64,000 bases of DNA from Balanoglossus misakiensis (lineage: Eukaryota; Animalia; Hemichordata), in NCBI GenBank assembly GCA_040954595.2, contig CM082590.2, positions 9,450,088 to 9,514,087 on the forward strand. Direction: 5' to 3'. How positions within the stretch are numbered: position 1 is the stretch's first letter; each line of letters begins with the position of its first letter. Position numbers and translations under genes: made by a program. Positions 42,991-55,114 of the stretch are shown here, in pieces. The notes under the pieces are model-generated. The model was not told where the DNA came from. It saw only the letters and a program-made list of their open reading frames with translations, and did not search any database.

Positions 42991-43062
42991 GCTCGTGGCC
43001 TAGTGGTTAGAGGTATGGACTGCCAACTGGCAGGTCCTGAGTTCAAACCCCGGAGTGGGTAC
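42991..43062 (+). mobile_element. tRNA-derived SINE head / pseudo-tRNA
   Basis: A box TGGCCTAGTGG and B box GAGTTCAAACC; the acceptor stem pairs imperfectly. Confidence 0.55.
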
Positions 43063-43443
43063 ATCGTTTTTTAGCTTCAATTTTCAAACAAACTGTTGAC
43101 TGTATCTTTATGTACCACTAATTTCACATAGTATTTCGTGAAGAGACATATAGATCAGTGTTCTGCACTGCAATACACATGGGCTGAACGGACCAGCTAG
43201 TGTAAGCGCGGGTTCTAATCCCGCTGTGTCAATTCCATGCCCTCAGGAGCGCATTAGGCTCGCGGTCGGGCACCCCTTAGGCTAGTAGCAATCCAATTGC
43301 TGACTGTGTCACTGGATACAGATCACTAGCCTCGTCACTGGCTTGCCAGTGGCGTCCGACCGCGAGACGAGTGCGGGGGGTTTTTATTAAAAAAAAAATT
43401 TTTAATTTTTTTTTAACAATTCTCTATAGTATAGTACTAGAGG

Positions 43444-43969
43444 TAATTCATCACGCAACAAAGTATGGACACTTTTTGTGAAATATTCTCTTTATTACAC
43501 ATTGATTGATCTCAATTATTAATAGATATAACACTGAATGTTGTACATGTGACCAGTAGTCTGCTTTTAAGGATCAAAATTGATTTCCATTAAATACTTA
43601 ACTCTTACGCCAAGCAGAGTCTGGGAAAAGTACTATATTGAAACAGTTTCTGAAATGGTTTTGTAAATACAAGTTTCAGATTTTTGTGAGTAATTGGTTC
43701 TATGGCGCCATAGAACCAATTACTCACAAAAATCTGAAACTTGTATTTACAAAACCATTTCAGAAACTGTTTCAATATAGTACTTTTCCCAGACTCTGCT
43801 TGGCGTAAGAGTTAAGTATTTAATGGAAATCAATTTTGATCCTTAAAAGCAGACGACTGGTCACATGTACAACATTCAGTGTTATATCTATTAATAATTG
43901 AGATCAATCAATGTGTAATAAAGAGAATATTTCACAAAAAGTGTCCATACTTTGTTGCGTGATGAATTA
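43444..43969. repeat. 526-bp spacer-less palindrome (263-bp arms, one mismatch seen)
   Basis: Centre ttctatggc|gccatagaa between 43706 and 43707; the ends taattcatcacg / cgtgatgaatta are symmetric about that centre. Confidence 0.95.
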
Positions 43970-45605
43970 AAGTGGTGTCAATACCAGATGGTATTGACTT
44001 TAAATCATCACGCAACAAAGTACAGACTATTTTAGTGAAAAAATCTCTTTATTTCACATTGCTTGATCTCGCTGAACACATTCAAAAATTGATAATCATA
44101 ACATAACTGACCATTCTCAAAAGCAGAGTCTGGGAGGTTCTGAAACGGTTTTGCTGGCAAAAAGCTGTGGAGCTCGACAGAAATGAAATTCTTCACTGCG
44201 CTTGAAACTGCAGAAGGCCAAACTCGTACACTGTAAAGAAAAAAAAAGAAACATCTAAGAAAAAACAGCAAAATACTACTAATAAAAATAGTAAAAGAAC
44301 TGAAAAACTGAAATGACTGGTAACGCCATACAGCATTACAATCAACAAATATTAAAAAAAATAAAAAAGTAAACAAAAAAAAAAAAACATTTGTAAAATA
44401 CCAATAAAATTTTGAAACTAATAAAAACAGTTTTTCCTGTAAAATGGAAATATGAATCTGACATTAAAATTATTCTTAAAAATTCCATGTCTCTACTCTC
44501 TTACTATGTAAATTGTCCATGAAAATTGGACTTGGTGGACAGATAACAAGTACATTGTATATCCACTACCAGATTTTTAATTGCAGTTTTGCGCCCTTTA
44601 TTTTACAAAATTTTCACACCCACCCCCTTCATTCTCCGCCACATTTCATTTTTTGCTGGTTTGTCTAGTGTACCAGGGCAGAGTGCTTGCCACCCCAACC
44701 TAAACAATGACAATATTTAACAAAGTAAATACATAAAGGAGAATAATCGTTTAAACCATTTCGCATAACTGATAGTTTTGCGCTGCATCTTCAATACCCT
44801 AGAAGTTTTATAAATGATGTCATGACGAAGATGACGCCAAATTTTCTAACTTTGAGTGGAGTGGCAAAAAGTAATTGGTCCTCCCAAACATTGAGATAAT
44901 TTGCTTTTTAGTTCATTAAAATGCAACTTTGCACTACATATTTTTACAAAATTTTCTTCCCACACCCACCCCATTCATTGACAACAATGTGAATATATAC
45001 ACGATAGCTTGCTGCGCTCGCACTCAGGTCAAACCTGTTACATATTATGGGGGTTTAAAAATCATTACTTGAAAATATCACTGGTTTAAACGTGTCTCCC
45101 ATATTTTTAAACAACTGTCTCCCATATTTGGATAATGTGTCCTGTACACACAAGGAAGTCACTAAATGTGGCGGCCATTTTGAATGCCATAGACTTAGCA
45201 CAGATGTAGGCGGCCATTTTGAACCTCAAAGTTGGCGGCCATTTTGAAAGTCATAATGTAACGAGTGATTGATTTAATGGCCTGTGGGCATAACTGGACA
45301 GGCCCCTACCAACCCTGGGGACATGGACGGCTACGTTAAACCTTATCTCTGCTCGGCAGAGCCGGGCTGTCTGTTTTATACCGACTACTACTACTAGTAT
45401 GCTGTTGTTGGATGCCCTATATAGCGCCAGTGCAGCATGGTCATATACATAAACATCTAGCTATAAATGATGAAAAAATAGAACCTCACCTTATTTTTCC
45501 TGTGAATTCAGTCTGCTACTTGAAAGGGTAGGGATTAGGCATCCTATATTGACATCACGGGCGCTTGTTGACCGGATTTGGCGAAGGTTTGAGGCAATTT
45601 TCGGG

Positions 45606-46240
45606 CGATACGGCCATATTTTCTGGAAAGTACCACATGTATAAACAGTATGTGAGGTTAAAGGTCGCGACGAGCGCCCTCTTATAACCGCCATTAAAAT
45701 TACTTTGTTCATCCTACCCCCTTCCCTTTTTTGCAGTACTCGCCTTGATATCTGCATATGCAAATACATGCAAATACATGCAAATCTTGCCGACGACTTG
45801 TTCACTTCGGGGGTAATTTTGGTGGTTTTTCTCAATATTTCACTTAGTTTTCCACCAAATAAAACCGGATTTTATGCTAAAGTGTTTAGATTGCTTGTCC
45901 GAACCCAGGCAAAGTATAACATGTAAGCAAAAAGTAGGTTTTGAGGCCGATTTTTCAGTTTAAAAGTCTCAGATGGCAATCTTTCAATTCTTTTGTTTTT
46001 ATCAGTATTTCAGGGTCTACAAGCCCTTTTCGGCCAAAAAAGTGAAGAGGTTGGATTTAAGGGTTTTCCAGTAGTCTACGGGGGGGGGGGGGTACAGGAA
46101 ATATTACTGAAATTTAGTGGTGTGTACTGGTTTAGCAGTAACAATTTTGTTTTCTAAGATTTAGAATATTTTTTCTGGTTAGAATATAGTCGATTTTGAG
46201 GATGATGGTAACCATGGAGATGATGATAGAGATGATGAGA
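45606..46240 (+). mobile_element. Composite interspersed repeat core, copy C
   Basis: Near-identical to 39792-40410 (gcgatacggcc...ggtcgcgacgagcgccctc...atgcaaat x3...). Confidence 0.8.
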
Positions 46241-46855
46241 TATAACCGCCATCAAAATTACTTTGTTACTTTGACTTATGTCACATCCTACCCACCAGCG
46301 CTTTCTGTAATACCCATAAAAAAACAGTTTTCAGGAGCTATAACCCATGAAAATTTTTCACAAACTATATAACCCATGACCTCTCCTGTTGTCTAAGTAT
46401 GACGAGCGCAGTAGTCATCAAAGTTACTTTGTTTCACGTCCTAAGGTATAACATGGACCTCTATGGTAGCTTTCTCCCAGTGAACGTGTCAAGAAATCTT
46501 GAAAATTATGTTGCTTTGGAGCAGGTTTAAACCAAATAAGTAACTGCATTTCAATTTTATGATTTATGACATTATGATTTGACAAAATGTAAATGTATTT
46601 ATTCAAAGTATTTAATTATTTTTCATACATACAGACACACACACTATACAATAGAATATACAAGTATATATACAGAGACAAAATGAACATTTATTTTGAA
46701 AAAAAAACCTTCAACATTAAAGTATACATTATATTGCAGTTCTCAACTTCGATGTACATATTTTTGTGTATTCTGAAGTTTTCGTGGTCGATGAGAACTT
46801 CCTGTGTTGATACTAAAATAAAATGTGATCTGTACTTCTGGTTTCTTGCGTGTTT

Positions 46856-48990
46856 TTATTCCCGATGTATCAGGACAAAAATCCCAAGGCAAGCCAAAAT
46901 GAGATACTGTAAAGATAAAATTAATTATTATTAGTCTATGTCTGTAGCAATCTGATAGCGTATGGCAAAGTCTTTTACTTTGCAGTATGGTATTCTTATG
47001 CTGTCGCCCAACACCACAGCTGACCACCTCCCATAGAAGCTCCCAAGAAATTATGAATATCGGTCACCAAGTTACAGCAGACAAATCAAATAAACTGAGT
47101 CGATTTCAAATCTAAATGTACTATTTTTTCTCACCTTAAACTTCGGATAATCGTTCATCAGGATGGTTACCATGCCAACATAAGGTACAAAACCTCGAGC
47201 TCGACCAACCACATCCTTTCTATGTAACCATAGCTGTCCAGGTGCGTAGAGTCCACGATCGTCCACCTGATTGTTGTCACCTTTGGTTAAAAATTTAATG
47301 TCGCCATCTTCTCTACAGAAGAGAAAAATCGCGATGATAAAACAGAGCACCGAAAAAACGGAACCGTACACTTTCAGTTTCAGTTCTTTTAACATGTGGT
47401 TCTATGTCAAAGGGACACGAAAATGTGTTCGGTATAGACAGGTTTCCAGATTAGACAGGGTTCGGTTTAGACAAGTTTTGTATACTAAAGATCAAAAACA
47501 GACTGAGGTTAAATAATACATTATCAGCAAGTGAGAGTTCAAGGGTCATAGTTCAACTTACTTTTCATGCAGCTTGATAACCCTATGGACAATGGGAATC
47601 TCTCTGCCTTCGATTTTAAAGACAACAATTTCCCCGACTCTGATTGGTTCTTCTTGATAATTGGTCAGAAACAGGAGATCACCACGGAAAAAAGCTGGTT
47701 CCATACTACCACTGGAAATAAAAACAAAGTCATGCCATAAGTTTCAAAGCAAGCCATCCTTGGGCTACATAGCCTGCGTGTGTGTAACTGCCATTGTTAT
47801 TGATGAGATATGATTCTAGTCCAGACTTGAATTCAAATTTTCGCACAATAACAAGGTCATCTATACACACATAAATATATTGTGTTGATAAGCTTGCCAT
47901 TTCATCAGGTTTCAGTAATTTGAAAATAAACTGCAGTAAACACACAGAAAAAATACTGAAAATGTAGAGAAAAGTTACAGCTAATGGACCTTTAATGTTT
48001 GAAAGTAAAATTACAAAAATAATGGGCAGTTTTAGGGGCTTTACCCCTTGCACCATCATGGTTTGGTCCGAATGCATGTTTTTCTATGGTGAAGTTGGAC
48101 CTCTATACAGGGAACTGGGGGTGAAAATGTTTGACTTACCTAAGAACAACAACTATTGGGCTCTCACTTCCAGTCAACACCATTAAACCCTTCCAGATCA
48201 TCAAGGCGGAGGAAACTATCATACCAAAGTTCAAAACTTGGTAGTACATCTACAGACAGACAAAAAGGGAATGTTTATCAATAATTGACATACTTTTTTA
48301 GTCTCGGACAAAAGGTGTATACATATGCCATGCAAATGAACCCTAACCTCAACCACTGAATATACACAAACAAACAAATGTGACTATGTTTGTAAACAAA
48401 CATTTTTGATTATATTGATCAATAACAATACACACTATTATCAAGGCAAAACAGCTCCCTGTAGAATGACATGATGAACAATTTTATTAGAAATCCCTAA
48501 CAATCGGTTAAGTGTTAGGGTAGACACGGGCTAAAGCAGTCTATTTTTAGCTTTTGTTAATTAATAATAATGTCAATTTCAGTCCATGTGTGGTTCATTT
48601 CATTGGCTAACATATGTGACATTGAAATACAATATGGTACGTCCCTGTTTGGTTCAAGTCTGCCGTGCGCTGAGAAATGATTAGGGCAATGCGATTAACC
48701 ATCTATCTGAGTCAAGTACATCTTAAACCATGTCGCCGAAAGAAAAAAATTGAATGAATCAAAAAGCTTTCGACCATGCGGAGATCATAGCCTGAGGAGT
48801 GATCGAAACACACACGTCAGCCTTAGCAATAGCAGAACCATTTTTGATTATTTACATTTCAGTTTTACAGCATGCAGTGAGCTCAAACAGCGCAGAAATT
48901 TCTCACAGAGGTAGATCATCCTTTAAATATTACCTGGCGCTTGTTCATCCGCCGAACATCGCTGAGAAAATCGAAGTCTAACAGCCCCAT
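46856..48990 (-). CDS. SEC11: Signal peptidase complex catalytic subunit SEC11 (181 aa)
   Basis: Exons 48990-48934, 48249-48140, 47711-47562, 47312-47135, 46906-46856. Translation [41 protein letters not shown]...[11 protein letters not shown]...IPIVHRV...[16 protein letters not shown]...VLIHRE*, with catalytic Ser/His motifs intact. Confidence 0.97.
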
Positions 48991-49314
48991 ACTTGATTTC
49001 TTTTTCTCCGCTTCCGCAGTCATGGTTGAGTCTCGTCTAAGAATCTCGACAGTGGCGTGAACTCACGAGAGCGCGTTGGCTGCGTCTATTATCAGAAGAG
49101 GGAGAGACAGGAATAAAATTGTGGGTGATTGCTTGATAAAATTTACAAATAAACCGACAGTTAATACAATAAAAAGTTAGATATCATGCATATTTGTTGA
49201 ATCACTGTTCTCCTTCAGATGTTTTCTTCTTTTAAAATTACACCGAACCTTATAAATGAGACAAAAACAAAACAGGTCACCCCTGTCTAAGAATAGTTGT
49301 AACAGCAATCCAAA
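48991..49314. promoter_or_regulatory. Bidirectional promoter shared by SEC11 and LEO1
   Basis: Divergent ATGs only 324 bp apart, CpG-rich. ETS-like CTTCCG near 49011; YY1/Kozak-like CAAAATGGCG overlapping the LEO1 ATG. Confidence 0.7.
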
Positions 49315-52300
49315 ATGGCGGAGCTGCAAGAGTTGTTTGGGTCCGATAGCGAAGAAGAAAGAAATGGTACGTATTACAGTATGCTTTGTTTTTAGATCTA
49401 TCGCGAGAAATGATGCTGGGAATTAGATATATACATGCTTTTTATTGACTTTCATAGCCAAGGGAAAATAGAAAACTTCCGTACACGACTTCCAACAAGC
49501 GTACGACACGTGGATGTGATCGCGTCGATATTGACATTGACAACGGAAATTAACATCGCTAGGGATTCCCCCCTCCCAGGGATTCCCCAGAAAAAAAATG
49601 AGCCAACATTGATCTTCGGAAATCACTTGACAATCAGTGAATACGGAAAGGGTTTGGGGAGAGCGACACGATTAGGGAAACCCCGAGTTTCGGATACGGC
49701 GATCGTTTGCTGGTCATTGCAGTGATGACGATGTAAATAAATACGGAAGTACACTACGGTTTGCTAAAATTAAAAGAAGTCATCATCATACGATCCCCTG
49801 GACTACAATTATTGCAGCTAGGGTGACGTGGCGTGCGATGATTTGATATTTCTCAGCACCTAACTTTGTGGTGGTGCGCCCAGATTGTTTGTTTACATTT
49901 GTTTACACGTTTACCATATGTAGATAGAGAATAACGCCACTTATTCCTGCCTGTCAATCATTTGTTTGGACAGATGACTCTGGATCTGAACAGGAGAGTG
50001 GGGAGGAGGAAGCGGCAGAATCCGGGAATGAGGAGGTGGAATCCGGGAATGAGGAGGCAGAGTCTGGGAATGACGAAGTAGCATCTGGAAATGAGGAGGA
50101 GGAATCCGAGAATGAGGAGGTAGAATCTGGGAATGAAGAGATGGAATCTGGGAATGAGGAAGTAGAATCTGGGAATGAGGAGGTAGCATCTGGAAATGAG
50201 GAGGTAGAATCTGGGAATGAAGAGGAAGAATCTGGGAATGAGGAGGTAGAATCTGGGAATGAAGAGGAAGAATCTGGGAATGAGGAGGTAGAATCTGGGA
50301 ATGATGCGGGATCTGCAGACCAAGTATCTGGAGATGAACAGGCAGCTTCTGGAGGGGACTCTGAAAATGAGGGGTCTGAGGGGGAGGGATCGGGACAAGA
50401 GATCTCTGAGAGGGAAGCATCGGAGGAGGGGTCGGGTGATGAACAAGAGGTGTCTGATCAAGGGGAGGGGGAGGGGAGTGAGCAGGAGGAGGTGTCCGAC
50501 CAGGGGGAGGGATCTGAGAGGGAGATGGGATCTGAAAGAGAACAGGATTCTGAAAAAGAAGCCGGATCAGATCAGGGGGAGGGTTCGGAAAGAGGGCAGG
50601 ATTCAGAGGGGGAGGGAGAGGGGTCTGACAGAGAGGAGGGTGGGTCTGACAGAGAGGAAGAGTCCGACAAGGAAGAGATGTCGGAAAAGATGGAAGTCGA
50701 TGAGGGATCAGAAAAGGCGGATGACGGAAGTGAGAAGGGGGAGTCGGAAAAGATGGGGGACTCCGATGCGGAGGAGAAACAGGGCAGTGGGTCAGAAGAT
50801 GCCAGAGATGACGCAGAGAAAGAAGCAGTTAACGATATGAGTGACAGCGATGATGAAGATATGATTGGGAGACGACGTAAGAAGAAAACTGCCACAGGAG
50901 ATTCTGACAGTGACAACGAAGACAAGGGTACGTTTACTTGTATCAGATTTTGTTTGCTTGAAAAGCAACAAAATATGAAGCTTTATTTTCAGCGAGTGTA
51001 CCTATCGTCTAGTATGTTTCTGCAGAATTTGAAGTCAAGGAGTCACAAAGTTTTTTCACAAGAATGACGAATACTTAAAAAACAAAACACGGCAACTTTT
51101 CATAGATATAGTTTTCCCACATTTAAAGGGTAATGGCTGATATACTCTTTCATTGCTCTGGTCAGAACACTGTGATGCAATGTACACATCTTTTTCGTAA
51201 CTTGCATTACAGACGCGACAGCAACTCATGAAGATTTGTTTGGAGATGCTGGTGACATCAGCTCTGAAAGTGACGAAGAATCCAGAGAACGGAAGAGGAA
51301 AGAGGCGGAAGAAGATGATAGGGTAGGTGTGGTTGTGTTCCGCTGGGTGTGAATGTCACACCTAGCTGTTTGTGCAGTTGGATGCTAACAAGAGATGACA
51401 ATGAGGTGTGAAGTTTGCTAATCAGGGCTGGCCAAGAACTTGTCATGTTCAGAATAATTGCAATCATACCCCTCCATATTCTAAAGTTCATTGGTCAAAC
51501 ATACAGTATTTGCATGGCCAATTGCGAAGACAAAACAGTTACGAAACAACACAGCACAGCCAGACAGGCATTTCTGACCACAATTACGCAAAGATAATGA
51601 CGAACGTGTACACCAGTACGCAATTAACTTTAGCCACTAGAGATCTGCAAACTGTATTAAGCAAGGCTTACAAACTAAGACGTGAACTTTCACTCAGTTG
51701 TCACTTTCAATTGCCATTGCAATTTTGTTAAATTTCACATGAAGTAAAAAAGGAAATAAATCGAACAGAATCTCTCTGAGTACTACTACAACTGCCAAAT
51801 AAATACAAGCACAGTACATTCTGTTGGGGTTTCCACTGTAGACACAGTAGACATCTTGATTATTTTCGTGCTTTGAATGACCATGTTTATTTTGTTTTTG
51901 TCTGCTCGTATCCACAGAGGGAAGAACTTGCGGAACATCAACGTCTTGTAAGTCCACCCCCAGTTCCTATATACCGGTCTAACTTTACCATAGAAAACAA
52001 TGGATTTGGACCAAACCATGATGGTGAAAGGGTGATGTGGGACAAGAAACTGTACACACAACAAACTGATCTGAAATTCCAGTTGTTGGCCGTTTGACTT
52101 TTTCAGTGCCATAACAACTTTTCGTAGTTTTTCACAAAATTCACCTCATAACTTTTAGTATATTTTTTCCGCCAAAATTTTGATCAAAACTCAAAGACAA
52201 TTGAAAATGATGTCCACCTGGTCTAAAATTACGGGGGAAAATGATGAAAATGTTGCACATTTTGACAGTAAAATTTTTTCATAGCTTCAAGATTTAGAAC

Positions 52301-55114
52301 AAGCTGAAGAAGGCGAGCCAGAAGAAGTACCTTTGACAAAGATAGAAGTAGAAATTCCCAAGATTACTCCTGATCTGGGAAATGAGTTGCATTTTGCCAA
52401 ATTGCCAAACTTTTTGAGCGTGGAGACCAGACCGTTTGATCCAACGACGTACGAAGATGAAATTGATGAAGATGAGGTTTTAGACGAAGAGGGCAGAACT
52501 CGATTAAAATTAAAGGTAAAGTTTATGTTGATGTTTATATCGTACAGTGAAACCTGTCATTACAGACAACTCTCTAATCAGGACACCACTCTATTAACGA
52601 CAGATTTTTCAAGACAAAAGTCACGGTTTAAATAGAATACTGCCTGTCTATTAAGGACACCTCTATTAAGAAGAGACTTTCTGGTCCCAGAGGTGTCCAG
52701 GTTTCACTGTACTTTGCTTTGACATCAAAGTTCATTAGGGTTTAACTGTCTATCATATAAAGGTGGCCTTTGCACGATAAGTCTAGAATACTGTATCTCT
52801 TTCGATGCTGATTATTCTTGCAGGTAGAGAACACTATGCGTTGGAGGAAAGTTTTGGATGAAGATGGAAACGAACAGAAGGAAAGCAACGCCAGAATTGT
52901 GAAGTGGTCTGACGGAAGTATGTCGCTGCATCTTGGAAACGAAGTATTTGACGTCTACAAGTCGGTACTACAGGGTGATTTCAATCATTTATTTATCAGA
53001 CAAGGAACTGGTTTACAAGGACAAGCTGTATTCAGGACAAAGTTGTCTTTCAGGTGAGAAAAGTTTCTTCAGACATTATAGAGTACATTTACTTCCATGT
53101 GTTCAAGTGTAGAGATCATGCTTTGTTGATTCAAAGTTTCGAAGTGGGAAATGCAATGTTTTCATTGTATTTTGCATTTTCCAATGGTGGTGGCCATATT
53201 CATTAGCGGCAAAACTTTACTATTTATCTGGTTAAAACTTGCATATGCACTCATACTTGGGGTTTATAATACTGTATATACTTCAGTGCATACATCTGTT
53301 GAGTAGCTCACAGATGAGGCAGCTCAACCAGTTCTAGTAATAATAAGATCTTTTTCTTCGACGTTTTGACAACACAAAAGCTGTCATCAGAAACCTTGCT
53401 GTGGTCCTATTTCTCCACAACATCATCTGTGTAGTTTGAAAATAATTTTCATGATTATTTCCCTAAAAGTTGCAGCTCGTGGGGCTTTTATAGAGAGGTA
53501 TACATAATGACAGGTTCACTCTAATATTCTGTTGACAGGCCCCACTCAACAGACAGTGCTACACATCGGAAGATGACCCTCTCATTGGCCGACCGATATT
53601 CCAAAACGCAGAAGGTCCGAGTGCTGCCAATTGCTACCAAAGATCCAGAACAACACAGAGCGGAAATGATTAAGGTGAGAAGCACTTACAGTTGCCATGG
53701 TTACCAAAAACGGTGGAGTAAAATGGATCCATGACATGCTGAGCGTGATAATTATTTCAGTGGATTCCACACTACAAATTAATGAAAATTCCCCTGGCAA
53801 AAATTTAAAAAAAAATGTTTACATGTAAAAGTTACTGACAGTTGCTGGCGGCTGACAGATGTATTCTTTCTGGAACAGTGAACATTCAATTGAATATGAA
53901 TAACGAAAATGTGTCAATATTATCTGTTGCAAGTACGTGTGAAGAGCAGGGTTGATCACGATCCATGTTTTCGTGATTGACGCAAACAAAATGCGAAAAG
54001 GTGAACACTCTTTCTGCAGTGAGATGCAAAAAAACAAACAAAACTTCTATGAATGAAGATATCTGTAACTAAAATTTGTGCAACTGAATTAATTCCTGAC
54101 AGAGAGAGGAAGAAAAACTACGAGCAGCAACGAGACGTGAAAGTCAACAAAGAAGAATTCGAGAGAAAAGTCATCATCGAGGTCTCAGCGCGTCCTACAT
54201 CGAACCAGACAGATATGAAGAGGATGAAGATGACGAAGACACTGCCATTAGCCTAGCGGCGATTAAAAATCGATACAAGAAAGGCAATACACGAGGTTTG
54301 TACTCTTAACCCTTCCACCCCCAGTTCCCGCTTTAGAGGTCCAATCTTGCCATGGAAAACAATGGTTTTGGACTGAACCGTTGTGGTGAAAGGGTTAAAG
54401 AGACCTCTCTGGTCAATTTTGTTTGATATGACAAGTTTTCAAATGTTAGTTTTCTTCTCCTAAAGACAGGTCGACTATAAATTGACCTTTTTTGGTCGAT
54501 TTTGTTGAACTGCAACCTGGCATTGAAATACACCAGCGCAATACAACAAACAAGTACAAGATGGCTCCTATACAGTGTTGAGTAGCATTTCTTTCATGTG
54601 CTGTCAGTATCTACATGTCAGTCGAAATAGGAATAAGATTTGACAGTGACTGTTTTGTTCTCCACACAGATGTGAGACCTCCGATTTATTCATCAGACAG
54701 TGACGAAGGGGCAGACTCAGATGTGGAACAACAAAAATTAATGAGGGCCAAAACACTGGAGAGTGATGACGATGCTGAGGTAAGAGCTGGATAGACATTT
54801 CCTCGGGTTAATAGGGTACACTTTTAAATTAAAGGGACAAAGTCTCTCTCTGGCTGCCCTTTTCCATATAATTTGCTGGTCAACAGACCTGTACTGGTAT
54901 TTGTGTTACGGCCAGTGTTATTGTTGACAAATGAATTCTAGTCTGGACTTCTTTTATAAACCAAGGAACGGTTTATTTATTGTTAATATTTTGCTTTTTT
55001 CTTCTTCTTTAGGATGACGACCGACCCAAACGGAAAGCAGAGGATACTGAAGGCGTAGCGCGAAAGAAAAAGCGAGCTCTTATCTTGGAGGACGATGATG
55101 ACGACAGCGATTAA
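49315..55114 (+). CDS. LEO1: RNA polymerase-associated protein LEO1 (PAF1 complex), ~715 aa
   Basis: Exons 49315-49366, 49974-50927, 51213-51322, 51918-51947 (30-nt microexon), 52285-52515, 52824-53053, 53539-53674, 54103-54295, 54670-54779, 55013-55114. Leo1 domain [15 protein letters not shown]...[15 protein letters not shown]...[25 protein letters not shown]...[21 protein letters not shown]; AATAAA at 55206. Confidence 0.96.
50018..50311 (+). repeat. Coding 21-bp tandem repeat, 14 x (E/A)S(G/E)N(E/D)xx, in LEO1 exon 2
   Basis: gaatc(c/t)gggaatgaggag(gta/gaa) repeated in frame. Confidence 0.95.

Noticed and set aside
45170-45400. Helitron 3' end (hairpin ctctgc-tcg-gcagag plus CTAG)
   Set aside because: The hairpin is ~33 bp from CTAG, further than typical, and no 5' end or second copy is visible. 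Left unassigned.
49941-50925. Antisense and alternative-frame ORFs (PPHSQIL repeats etc.)
   Set aside because: Shadows of the LEO1 acidic repeat exon.
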